The notes beneath the pieces are model-generated. The model worked only from the letters and a program-made list of their open reading frames with translations, made no database searches and was not told where the DNA came from. A stretch of 62,022 nucleotides of DNA from the IMG/VR virus record IMGVR_UViG_3300017710_000003, positions 1-62,022 of that record. One strand, 5' to 3'. Positions within the stretch are counted from its first letter, which is position 1. Each line of letters opens with the position of its first letter. The position numbers and the translations under genes were made by a program. This document shows positions 45,326 to 54,457 of the stretch, piece after piece. Source of the DNA: a virus. Its lineage: Duplodnaviria; Caudoviricetes.

Positions 45326-46511
45326 ACTTGCCTGAAAGAGGTGTACGAGAGGTTACATATTGATACATAATTAAAACAAAGTCATTAATTTGTTGTTGAC
45401 TTTTTTTATCTGTTCTTCTAAACCACTTCTTCAGAACGGGCATAATATTATTAATAATATTTAAGGCAGATATTTCACCTCTTTTAAAATTGAATAAATT
45501 TTTATTTTGTCTTTCTAATGCTGATCTTTGTTTTACAATAGGTTCAATCTGTTTAAAATACATCTTCTCACCATCTTCATATAATTTTTTTACTTTTACT
45601 CCTGTTTGTCTATCTACAAATGATAACAAGTTAGCAAATACTTTCATAGAACCTATTGAACCACCTCTTGCCTCTGCACCACCACCTAAAAACTCTGCAA
45701 CAAATCTTTTAGCACTAGGGTCGTGTCTAAATTTTATATCACCAGATTTAAGTAATATTCTCATATCTCTAGTTTCTGTCTTCTTACCAAAGGCAACTTT
45801 CTTATAAGGTTTCCAGTCTGTTGTTCCTTTTACCACTAAATTTTTTAGTGATTGAATTTCTTTTTTTCTATCAAAGTTAACTAATTGTATTATAGCTTTT
45901 TTTGTAGTTTTCTTTAGTGATAAAGGCAACATATTACCACTATCAATTAAATCACTTATTAAAACATTTAATTGTGGGAACCCAAATGAATTGGGTTTAG
46001 CTTCTGCTAATGTAGTTCTTAATTTATCTTTTGCCATTTTACTTGCAAGATATATGTCGGCAGGAGACCATTTGTTTATGTCACCAAATCTTGTTTGATT
46101 TTTTATAGTGATAGGCATTTTGTTTGCCATAGACCATAACTTTTGTATAGTACCCATAACATCTTTATCACCTCTAAAGTAAAATAGATTTTGATAACCT
46201 TTACCTTTAATTTTGTAATCTTTATCTATTGTTTCTATTTGTTTAATTAGTTCTACTGCAATTAGATTAGATGATGTATACCAATCATTATTAGAAGTTA
46301 GAAATTTAGTTATGTCATTATAAGAAACACCAGGTGTATCTAGTCGTTTAAACGCTAGTTCTAACTTTTTATTATACTTGTCTTTAAAATCTGTAAATGT
46401 GGGATATGTTTTAAGGTCAAATGCCTTATCTATACTACTTGCACCTACATTATCTGCAAGTGAAGAAAATAGTGCTTGTGCTGATTCTAATAATGTTGTC
46501 TTGTCTGCCAT
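45303..46511 (-). CDS. putative PD-(D/E)xK-type endonuclease
   Basis: N-terminal E, KWSPADIY and PLSLKK catalytic-like spacing; late variant CATAAATA at 46517-46524. Confidence 0.45.
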   Translation of the reverse strand: MADKTTLLESAQALFSSLADNVGASSIDKAFDLKTYPTFTDFKDKYNKKLELAFKRLDTPGVSYNDITKFLTSNNDWYTSSNLIAVELIKQIETIDKDYKIKGKGYQNLFYFRGDKDVMGTIQKLWSMANKMPITIKNQTRFGDINKWSPADIYLASKMAKDKLRTTLAEAKPNSFGFPQLNVLISDLIDSGNMLPLSLKKTTKKAIIQLVNFDRKKEIQSLKNLVVKGTTDWKPYKKVAFGKKTETRDMRILLKSGDIKFRHDPSAKRFVAEFLGGGAEARGGSIGSMKVFANLLSFVDRQTGVKVKKLYEDGEKMYFKQIEPIVKQRSALERQNKNLFNFKRGEISALNIINNIMPVLKKWFRRTDKKSQQQINDFVLIMYQYVTSRTPLSGKFVIAKGN

Positions 46512-46535
46512 ACATATATTTATGTATTAGGCTAT

Positions 46536-47102
46536 CTAACTTTTGTAATCTGCGTAAACATTACCTGAAACGGTATATCTGTAACCTTCAAAAGGTTGTT
46601 GTCTAACTTCATGCCTCATCATACTAGGAAAAATTAATAACATTCCTGGTTTGATTTTTTTCTCTACACCAAGTCCTTCTTTTGTTTTTACTTCAGGAAA
46701 GTATAAACCTGGGGCACCTTCTGGTGCCGTTATGTAATAAGCACAGGAATAGATAGCAGGCCAGTGATCATGTGCTTTAGTTGTTTGACCTGAAGTGTAC
46801 TTTAAACCCCATAGATTTTTTATTAAAAACTTATAGTTATGAGTTGGATTAAATTGCATACGAGAAATAGCGTCACAAGCATCCAAATACATTTTAGCAA
46901 ATCTTTCAAAACCAGGATATTCCCACATTTGCCAATATGTCATTTGACATTGTGCGTTTGTTTTATGCCCTTGTTGATCGCCTACTTTTTCTATTTCTTC
47001 TATAAGAAGTTTATCCATTTCTGGTTCATCAAGTTGAAACTCAAAAATAGCTTCTTTTCTATTTACTTCAAAATCGTTTCTTGCTATTTGATATTTCTTC
47101 AT
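46536..47102 (-). CDS. 2OG-Fe(II) oxygenase
   Basis: W...Y, HDH, S..YY, IFPS.MRH.V and R; start reassigned to MKKYQ. Confidence 0.8.
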   Translation of the reverse strand: MKKYQIARNDFEVNRKEAIFEFQLDEPEMDKLLIEEIEKVGDQQGHKTNAQCQMTYWQMWEYPGFERFAKMYLDACDAISRMQFNPTHNYKFLIKNLWGLKYTSGQTTKAHDHWPAIYSCAYYITAPEGAPGLYFPEVKTKEGLGVEKKIKPGMLLIFPSMMRHEVRQQPFEGYRYTVSGNVYADYKS

Positions 47103-47325
47103 CGCTTCTCTTATCAAAACAAGATGGGAAACCATAGTTACCAAATGTTTTGTTTTTGTTTTGAAATTTAACAAGTGCTTTTACATCTTCTTCAAAGAAA
47201 GATTCTTTTAAAACCTGACCTTTAGGCATTTCAACTGCTCTCCATATTATCTTGCCATTCTTTTTAACCATAGCAGACTTGTAATACACACCCTTATTTA
47301 TTCGTTTTTTAATTTTCTTTTTCAT
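47068..47325 (-). CDS. hypothetical basic protein
   Basis: coupled ORF. Confidence 0.5.
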   Translation of the reverse strand: MKKKIKKRINKGVYYKSAMVKKNGKIIWRAVEMPKGQVLKESFFEEDVKALVKFQNKNKTFGNYGFPSCFDKRSDEEISNSKKRF

Positions 47326-47945
47326 AATGAGTTAAAACTTAATGCTATCCTATCTGTTGTTTGGTTTACTTTATAACTAGAGTCATGTTCTATCCACGAT
47401 GGGAATATTATTAAATCATTATTCTTAGGTTTAAAATTAAAATTTATGCAATTGTTTTTATCAATATTATCAAACTTATATAATTTGACTTTATCGTTTG
47501 GATTATAAAAATATATATCACTACTTGAATCATCTATATTTAAGTATATCACACCACTTAATTTAGAGGGTATATGGTCGTGTTTCATTAAACTACTATC
47601 TTTATCCATAATTGTAATCCATGAGTTATCTACTTTTAAATTTTTAAATCCTAATTCTATTGAAGTTTTATCTATTATGTTTTGTATATCTTGTTTTAAA
47701 TTTTTACATTCTGGTACATTGTTTGTAAAATAATCTACTATATAATCGCCATCTTTAAATTTAAACTTATCATTTTTATAATGTGATATTTTAAAGTTGC
47801 CATATCCTACACCTTCTACATTACCTAAATTATTAAAAACATTTGAATTGTCTTTTATGTGTTTAACAATATCTTTTCTTATATTGTCATCTAAAAAATT
47901 TTCAATATAGATTATAGGTGTACTAAACAATTCTATTTTGTTCAT
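47322..47945 (-). CDS. 2OG-Fe(II) oxygenase (TIGR02466-like)
   Basis: LFSTPI, SW, HDH, SGVIYL, IFPSW.EH and RIALSFN. Confidence 0.85.
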   Translation of the reverse strand: MNKIELFSTPIIYIENFLDDNIRKDIVKHIKDNSNVFNNLGNVEGVGYGNFKISHYKNDKFKFKDGDYIVDYFTNNVPECKNLKQDIQNIIDKTSIELGFKNLKVDNSWITIMDKDSSLMKHDHIPSKLSGVIYLNIDDSSSDIYFYNPNDKVKLYKFDNIDKNNCINFNFKPKNNDLIIFPSWIEHDSSYKVNQTTDRIALSFNSL

Positions 47946-49339
47946 ACTTTAAAATCAGAAAACTTATCGTAAACATTTTCAGCAGGTCTAGGTCCTGCAG
48001 GTTGATTAAGTTGTTCTTCACTCTCTTGGTTACCATCTGATAAGTTTTGTGCTGATTGTTCTACATCATATAGTCTCATTTTACTTCTATCAACACCAAC
48101 AATAAATGATCTATTTACAGCAGGATCATTATATCTATTTTTTAATTGTTTAACTTTCATTTGATTTAATTCTTCTAAATCTTCATTTGATATAAGAGCA
48201 AACATAAAATCAGCAGTTGCAGGAAGACCAAAACTTTCTGAAGTATCTTCTAAACCAACATCACTTGACATATAACCAGTTCTAGTTGTTTGTGTAGCAG
48301 ATACAATAGGTAAATTATTTCTTACAGCAAGACCTCTTAATTCTTCAGCGATTGCCTTAACATAAAAATAAGATGATATATTGCCACCTTTAAATCTACT
48401 AGATGAACATATATTTAAATAATCTATGAATACAATATCTGGTTTAAAACTTTTCTTTAATGCAAGTTCATCAATAAGTCCTTTGAAATGGCCTGCATGA
48501 GCAGACGCAGTAGGATATTCTTTAATAATTAATTGACCATGTGCTTTCTTTTTTAATTTAGAAATCTTTGTATCATAATATTGTTTAGGCATTTCGTATA
48601 ATTCATCAACGGTTACATCTAATAAGTTTGCGTCAATTCTTTCAGCAATTCTTTCTTCAGCCATTTCTAAAGTTATATACAATACGTTTCTGCCTTGCAT
48701 AATCATAGACGCAGCCACATGACACATAAACAAAGATTTACCAACACCAGTACCTGCAAGAGCAATGTTCAAAGTTTTAGGTGGTATACCACCTTTTGTT
48801 ATTCTATTGAAATATGATAAATCAAATTTTAATCTTTCTTCTTCTCTATGATAATATTCAAATCGGTCATCAGCTTGATTTAGATAATCATGCCCAATAT
48901 GTGTATCAAACGAAACAGCAAGAGCGTCTGATAGTATAGATGGTATTGCCTCTGGTGTATGTTTTTTATCTTTGCCGTCTAATATTTTGATACCTGATAG
49001 TACAGCATTATGTACAGCACGATCTTTACACCACTTCTCTGTTGTATCTGTTAACCATTCTATATCAGTTTTTTCATCTGCTTTTAAAGTTTCTAATACT
49101 CTTTTTGCAATCTTAAATTCATCTTCGGTAATATTTTTTAGATTAGATAATTCAATACTGATTGCTTCTTTAGATGGTAGATTGTTATATTTAATAATAT
49201 AACTTTCTATAATTTCAAATATGGTTACTTCTTCATTTGAAGTAAAGTAATCTGTTTTTAGGAAAGGTAAAACTTTTCTACTAAAGTTTTCGTTGTGAAT
49301 TAGATTAGTTAGTATTGTCGTTTCGAGTCTGTGGGTCAT
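47942..49339 (-). CDS. gp41: replicative DNA helicase
   Basis: AGTGVGKS, ITLEMAE, IDYLNI and SESFGLPATAD. Confidence 0.95.
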   Translation of the reverse strand: MTHRLETTILTNLIHNENFSRKVLPFLKTDYFTSNEEVTIFEIIESYIIKYNNLPSKEAISIELSNLKNITEDEFKIAKRVLETLKADEKTDIEWLTDTTEKWCKDRAVHNAVLSGIKILDGKDKKHTPEAIPSILSDALAVSFDTHIGHDYLNQADDRFEYYHREEERLKFDLSYFNRITKGGIPPKTLNIALAGTGVGKSLFMCHVAASMIMQGRNVLYITLEMAEERIAERIDANLLDVTVDELYEMPKQYYDTKISKLKKKAHGQLIIKEYPTASAHAGHFKGLIDELALKKSFKPDIVFIDYLNICSSSRFKGGNISSYFYVKAIAEELRGLAVRNNLPIVSATQTTRTGYMSSDVGLEDTSESFGLPATADFMFALISNEDLEELNQMKVKQLKNRYNDPAVNRSFIVGVDRSKMRLYDVEQSAQNLSDGNQESEEQLNQPAGPRPAENVYDKFSDFKV

Positions 49340-49625
49340 TTATATTAAGTTTACCTTCCTTTAGTTGTTTTTCCATTACTTCTATTAGTATATCGCCTAT
49401 AGCGAATCTAAATTCTTCACTTTCGGTATCTACATCATTTATATTTCTTTGTACGTTATAAGTAAATTTTAAAGGTAATTCGCCTTGTTTATTTTCTTCT
49501 GAGGCAAACTTAACTTGACCATAGGTGTATATAACACCTTCGTATGGCCCACTGGTAATCTTAATACATGAGAAGTCATCAACCTCTCTCTGAACAAAAG
49601 CGTATTTTGTTTTATTCTGCACCAT
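49305..49625 (-). CDS. hypothetical protein in the gp40 position
   Basis: lies between uvsX and gp41, as T4 gene 40 does; start reassigned to MVQNK. Confidence 0.45.
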   Translation of the reverse strand: MVQNKTKYAFVQREVDDFSCIKITSGPYEGVIYTYGQVKFASEENKQGELPLKFTYNVQRNINDVDTESEEFRFAIGDILIEVMEKQLKEGKLNINDPQTRNDNTN

Positions 49626-50631
49626 AGAGGAATTCTTTTTTGGCAACTTCGTCAATCTTATTGAGAACCTCTTTAGTATAGAATTTATCAGGTTCATTAT
49701 TGATAGTCTTAGCATATTGTTTTGATCCGTCTGGTAATTCTACTCTTGTTGATACTGATTTAAATACACCATGTTTAATTGCAAGGTCTAATAATCCATA
49801 GTATCTTTCTAATCCATGTTTGTAAGTTAGTCTTACGTCAATCATAGCGTTTTCTTTTGTCAGCCTTGATTTATAATTTTTACAATGTATGACATTACCT
49901 ATAATATCTTTACCATCTTTCTCTTTTCTTTTTGAAAGATATACTATATTACTGGCAGCATATTTTAAACCAGAACCACCACCCATTTCTTTTTGTGGGA
50001 ACATTGAACCAATAACATCATAAGTATGATTAGTCATAATCATAGGTATTTTTGCCTTACCTAGTTTCAATGTTAAAACTCTAAATGCAGCCTTGACAAT
50101 TTGTGATCTTGTCATATCTCTTGTTTCTTTACCCTCTGCTGTATCGGTCATTTCTTTTGTAGTAGATAACATTCCTAAACTATCTAATACAAACATAATA
50201 GGTTTTCTTTTATCTTCTGGTTGTTCTAAATATTTGTCAACAACTTTTATAGATTGGTGTCTAAACTCTTGTACTGTAGCAACTGGTACAATAACCATTC
50301 GTTTACTATCAACACCTCTACTCTCAACTAAATCTTTTGTTAACGCACTTTCTGATTCAAAGTAAATCACACCTGCGTCTTTGTGCTTATCTAAAAAACT
50401 TTTTACAATGCCTAGAGCAAAGAAAGTTTTACCTGTTGCAGCTTCACCTGCAATCGCAGTAATTTTGTTTGCAGGAAGACCACCATAGATACTACCTGAT
50501 AGTAAGGCATTTAAAGTATAACTACCTGTATCAATAAAACTATCTACATCACCTGCTTCAACGCCTTCACTTACTAGTGTGGCATATTCATTACCTGTCT
50601 CTTTAATTACTTCTTTTAAAAAATCGTTCAT
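49612..50631 (-). CDS. uvsX: RecA-like recombinase
   Basis: [21 protein letters not shown] and MGGG; start MNDFL. Confidence 0.95.
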   Translation of the reverse strand: MNDFLKEVIKETGNEYATLVSEGVEAGDVDSFIDTGSYTLNALLSGSIYGGLPANKITAIAGEAATGKTFFALGIVKSFLDKHKDAGVIYFESESALTKDLVESRGVDSKRMVIVPVATVQEFRHQSIKVVDKYLEQPEDKRKPIMFVLDSLGMLSTTKEMTDTAEGKETRDMTRSQIVKAAFRVLTLKLGKAKIPMIMTNHTYDVIGSMFPQKEMGGGSGLKYAASNIVYLSKRKEKDGKDIIGNVIHCKNYKSRLTKENAMIDVRLTYKHGLERYYGLLDLAIKHGVFKSVSTRVELPDGSKQYAKTINNEPDKFYTKEVLNKIDEVAKKEFLYGAE

Positions 50632-50776
50632 AATCATCCTTTTCTTTATCACTAAACACTAAACTATATTGTTTGATATTTAAATCATAACACACTTTCA
50701 TTACTTTGTCAATGTCCTTTGAAACAAAATCATGTGTCATATAGTTATTGTAGCCTTTATATATTACTATCCTCAT
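50603..50776 (-). CDS. small hypothetical protein (57 aa, not in ORF track)
   Basis: MRIVIYKG...ERFFKRSN fills the gap and overlaps both neighbours. Confidence 0.45.
   Translation of the reverse strand: MRIVIYKGYNNYMTHDFVSKDIDKVMKVCYDLNIKQYSLVFSDKEKDDYERFFKRSN
50684..50712 (-). promoter_or_regulatory. sigma70 promoter for uvsX
   Basis: TTGACA-N17-TATGAT. Confidence 0.65.
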
Positions 50777-51086
50777 TACTCTGACGAGCTCTTAATACAA
50801 CTGGTCTACCAGTAGATTTAGACAATTGTTTGAGTTCGTTCCATAATTTAAATTCATCATTTTCAGGTACCCACGTTTTAGGTGGTGTCTCTAAATCATT
50901 TTGTGTAATCTTATCCCATAACAAAGTAAACATATCATCTGGTGACATTTCTGGATGATGAAAGTTATATTTTGTTTGAACATTAACAACTTGTTTTTTT
51001 AATAATTCTCTATTGTACTCTAACTTTCGTTGAAAGTCCCAATATGGTTTTAATTCTTTGTATTTTTTTTCTGCAATTGCCATCAT
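50757..51086 (-). CDS. hypothetical protein
   Basis: 109 aa ORF in operon. Confidence 0.55.
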   Translation of the reverse strand: MMAIAEKKYKELKPYWDFQRKLEYNRELLKKQVVNVQTKYNFHHPEMSPDDMFTLLWDKITQNDLETPPKTWVPENDEFKLWNELKQLSKSTGRPVVLRARQSNEDSNI

Positions 51087-51087
51087 A

Positions 51088-51876
51088 CTATTTATGAATA
51101 GGACATTTTTTCTCGTCCTTCTTTTGTGTTTTTAACCAATTGTAACCACCAAACCATTTTGTTGCTACATTTAGTCTTTGTGCTTCAACACCATAATGTA
51201 ATTCTGGTCTATGAGTTGGTGTTGTGTATGTGACAAAATCTTTTATAAATTCTCTCTTAATAGGAATATATTGTGCAATAGGTGTTCCTCTTTTTAAATT
51301 AACTTCACCATATCTTTTTATAACCATTTGTTGATTAATTTGATTGTGTATATCTGATCTAATTACACCAGGTAAAGTATGAAAGTCTTGGTTGAAATCA
51401 TAGTAAACTGGTAGTTGTAATACACTCCAACCTGGTGATGTCTTAACATACCAAGGACAAGAAGGTTTAAATATAAAAGCAAAATCTTTTGCGTGTTCTG
51501 GTACTAAATCTTTGTATTGATGATTACCATGATTAGTAAATTTAAATTTTTCAGTAGGTATTTTATATCGCCATGACTTCTCATCTGAATGAATCCATAC
51601 ATCACACCATAGTGGAACAATGTAACCCATTGATAGATATTCAGGTATCGCAGGACAATGTCTAATTGTTCCTTTGTTTTGTTTTGTCACGTGAGGTGTC
51701 TCTAAATGAGCTCTATCTGGTCTTTTTCTTTCTAATTGTTTATACCATTCTGGCATGTGTTGTTTTGCAGGAATAATAGGCATAATATTTTGTAGACCTG
51801 GTACATCTGTAAACCATGTAATATTAGGCTTGTCTTTTTTAAATGATGATATTAACTCTTTAATAAATTTAATCAT
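51088..51876 (-). CDS. DUF6065-like beta-fold protein
   Basis: PEWYK, CP.I...GY, PW...T.PG.S, PG...D and GTPI.Q.IP. Confidence 0.5.
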   Translation of the reverse strand: MIKFIKELISSFKKDKPNITWFTDVPGLQNIMPIIPAKQHMPEWYKQLERKRPDRAHLETPHVTKQNKGTIRHCPAIPEYLSMGYIVPLWCDVWIHSDEKSWRYKIPTEKFKFTNHGNHQYKDLVPEHAKDFAFIFKPSCPWYVKTSPGWSVLQLPVYYDFNQDFHTLPGVIRSDIHNQINQQMVIKRYGEVNLKRGTPIAQYIPIKREFIKDFVTYTTPTHRPELHYGVEAQRLNVATKWFGGYNWLKTQKKDEKKCPIHK

Positions 51877-53195
51877 ATTGGTAATACACTTGTTCTTGCT
51901 TCTCTAAAATAATCTAATTCTTTTTTTGCAAAGCACCATACATTCTCTATATATGTCTTATTCATAAACTCTTGTTTTGCCTCTTCACTTTCAAACAACT
52001 TATCTGATTTAGGTCTTTGCATAATTCTCATTCCTATTTGACCCATAAAATGTTCTTTTAAACTTGCAACTAATTCATCACAACTTTTGTGTCTATGATT
52101 TTTTACTTTAGGATCCATGATGTTTATAAACATATGTCCTGTTGATGATAATGAATTAAATGTGTTTTTAGAAACTGGTAAATAGAAATCATCACGCCAT
52201 TTATTATATTCATTAAACTTATGCCATGATTGATCTTCTTCGTGTTCACCACCTTTGTTATACTCTTCAGTAGAGAAGTATGGTGGACTTGTAAAAGCAC
52301 AATCAATATCTGTAATTTCATCCCAAGGTAAATCTTCAGCACCACATCTATATATCTTTACAAACTTACGACCTGACATTACAAAATAATTTCTACCTTG
52401 ACTATCAACTCTTTCATCTACATCAGCACCATTACCCAATAACTCTTCATAGAATACACATTGTTCCATGTATTGTTCGTATGTATTAGGATTAGGATCA
52501 CAACCATAATATTGTGTTGCATTACTAGCATAAAAACCTGCAAGTCTATCGCCCCAACCACATGAAGTATCTAATACTCTACCTGCATTAGTTATATCAT
52601 AAATTGTTTTTGCAACATTAGGTTTAAATTGTGTTGCAATATATGTACCTAATCTAAATGCACTTAAATAACTTGCCTCACTTAATTTACCACCTCTTAA
52701 TTCTTCTTTACCATCAACCACAACCTTTTTCATATCGTTGATACCTCGCCACATAGGACCTAGACAACGCCATATATCTTTTGCATTACCATTTTGCCAT
52801 ACGTCTAAAGGTGCTTTGAAACTATAACTAGAACAATTTAATCTAGTCTTTTGATGAAAGTAATTTGATATATTATTAAATGTAGATGGTGCGTCTATGA
52901 TACCTAGACCAAATGTACTATATGGATTTGCATAATCATCATACTTTTCCATTACATTATCTACATCTACTTTTAAATATTTTGCTGTATCAAACTTTTG
53001 TAAATCTTTAAAACCATTTCTTACATCATCTTTTGTAATTTTTTTTAAAGGAAATACTGGTCTTTCTTTTTCAATATATGCAGCCAAGTCTTCTCTAAAT
53101 TTTTCTTTACCTACTTCGTTTGTATAACGCTCAAATGTAATTTGATCCATTATAGGTAATTTATTATGATCTGCGTATTTGTACAAATAATCCAT
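51873..53195 (-). CDS. amino (N4C/N6A) DNA methyltransferase
   Basis: LDTSCGWGDRL SAM motif preceding FTSPPYF. Confidence 0.8.
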   Translation of the reverse strand: MDYLYKYADHNKLPIMDQITFERYTNEVGKEKFREDLAAYIEKERPVFPLKKITKDDVRNGFKDLQKFDTAKYLKVDVDNVMEKYDDYANPYSTFGLGIIDAPSTFNNISNYFHQKTRLNCSSYSFKAPLDVWQNGNAKDIWRCLGPMWRGINDMKKVVVDGKEELRGGKLSEASYLSAFRLGTYIATQFKPNVAKTIYDITNAGRVLDTSCGWGDRLAGFYASNATQYYGCDPNPNTYEQYMEQCVFYEELLGNGADVDERVDSQGRNYFVMSGRKFVKIYRCGAEDLPWDEITDIDCAFTSPPYFSTEEYNKGGEHEEDQSWHKFNEYNKWRDDFYLPVSKNTFNSLSSTGHMFINIMDPKVKNHRHKSCDELVASLKEHFMGQIGMRIMQRPKSDKLFESEEAKQEFMNKTYIENVWCFAKKELDYFREARTSVLPI

Positions 53196-53200
53196 ACTAT

Positions 53201-53229
53201 ATTATATCATTTTTAGTTAAATTTGTCAA
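53201..53229 (-). promoter_or_regulatory. sigma70 promoter
   Basis: TTGACA-N17-TATAAT, -10 ending 5 nt before the ATG (leaderless-like). Confidence 0.75.
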
Positions 53230-53767
53230 CTTGATTTCCCCAACTATCCCAACCTTCTCTTTGTTGTCTAGCAAACAATTCTATGTATGGTCCTTGTAAT
53301 AGATTCTCTATATGACTATACATAACATCTGGTTTACGACTATGCTCTCTACGTTTTTCTACAACTAATTGAGGTACTGATTTACTAACACGTTGTGGTT
53401 TACCTTTTGTTGCAAGTAAACACATTTCAGGATTACCTCTAGTCCAATAACCTAGACCTGTAAAGAAACCCTCAGATTTTTTATTTGTCTTTGCCCATGT
53501 AAAGGCTACAGTTTTGTACTTGAAACCCCAAGCATTAATTACTTCAAATGCTTTATCTAATAAAGGATCAATAACCCACATTAATAATACTGCATTGTCA
53601 TTTGCTATATTGTTTACAGGCATATTACATATGTCTTTGAAACTCATAACATTATAATGTTTTTCAGGACTTCTATCTTTGCCTTTATTAGAATACGTTT
53701 TAAAAGACCATGGTGGGTCTGCGTATATTACATTATACTTCTTATCTTGTTTGAGTATGTGGTCCAT
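53213..53767 (-). CDS. MT-A70-family adenine methyltransferase
   Basis: IYADPPW, WGF.YKT, HSRKP and ELFAR. Confidence 0.9.
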   Translation of the reverse strand: MDHILKQDKKYNVIYADPPWSFKTYSNKGKDRSPEKHYNVMSFKDICNMPVNNIANDNAVLLMWVIDPLLDKAFEVINAWGFKYKTVAFTWAKTNKKSEGFFTGLGYWTRGNPEMCLLATKGKPQRVSKSVPQLVVEKRREHSRKPDVMYSHIENLLQGPYIELFARQQREGWDSWGNQVDKFN

Positions 53768-54299
53768 GTAAATAAGTTAACATATTTTCTGGTGTAGTTT
53801 CAATATATGGATCATCATCGGTACCGTCATTATTGATACCTGGTTCTTGCCACCATTTTTCAATCACACCGTCATTGATTACAGTCATAAATCGCCAACT
53901 TCTATTGCCGAAACCTAAATGATTTTTGCCAATTAACATACCTAAAAATCTAGTCAAATTTGCTGATCCGTCAGGTATAACTTTAACATTACATATATTC
54001 ATTTTTTCTGCCCAAGCATTCATAACAAACGAGTCATTAACACTCATACAATAAACTTCATCTATCTTTAATGATTTTATTTTGTCATAGTTATATTCAA
54101 AACCTGGTAATTGTTTTGATGAGCAGGTTGGTGTAAATGCACCTGGTAAACTAAACAAGATTACTCTCTTACCTTTGAAGTAATCATCTGTTGTTTTATC
54201 TGTCCAAGTACCCCCAATAGGACATCCACCATCTTCTGGTGCTTGATCTCCTGTTCTTACTTTAAATGTTACCTTTGGTAACGTCATGCCTTCACGCAT
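53742..54299 (-). CDS. peroxiredoxin (Prx5/redoxin type)
   Basis: LPGAFTPTCS, SVNDSFVM.AW and RSWR. Confidence 0.92.
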   Translation of the reverse strand: MREGMTLPKVTFKVRTGDQAPEDGGCPIGGTWTDKTTDDYFKGKRVILFSLPGAFTPTCSSKQLPGFEYNYDKIKSLKIDEVYCMSVNDSFVMNAWAEKMNICNVKVIPDGSANLTRFLGMLIGKNHLGFGNRSWRFMTVINDGVIEKWWQEPGINNDGTDDDPYIETTPENMLTYLHGPHTQTR

Positions 54300-54457
54300 T
54301 ATACTCCTCCTGTGGTTAAACTTGATGTCATCATTTTTATAAAAAACATTAACACCAAAAATCTACTAATTGGTATATCACTAACGGCTGCAATATACAT
54401 ACCGAAAGAAAAACTCCAATGTAGTACTATTAATAATATTATTATACCTGTTATCAT
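54299..54457 (-). CDS. small membrane protein (52 aa, not in ORF track)
   Basis: two hydrophobic stretches; coupled to gp43 and the peroxiredoxin. Confidence 0.5.
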   Translation of the reverse strand: MITGIIILLIVLHWSFSFGMYIAAVSDIPISRFLVLMFFIKMMTSSLTTGGV

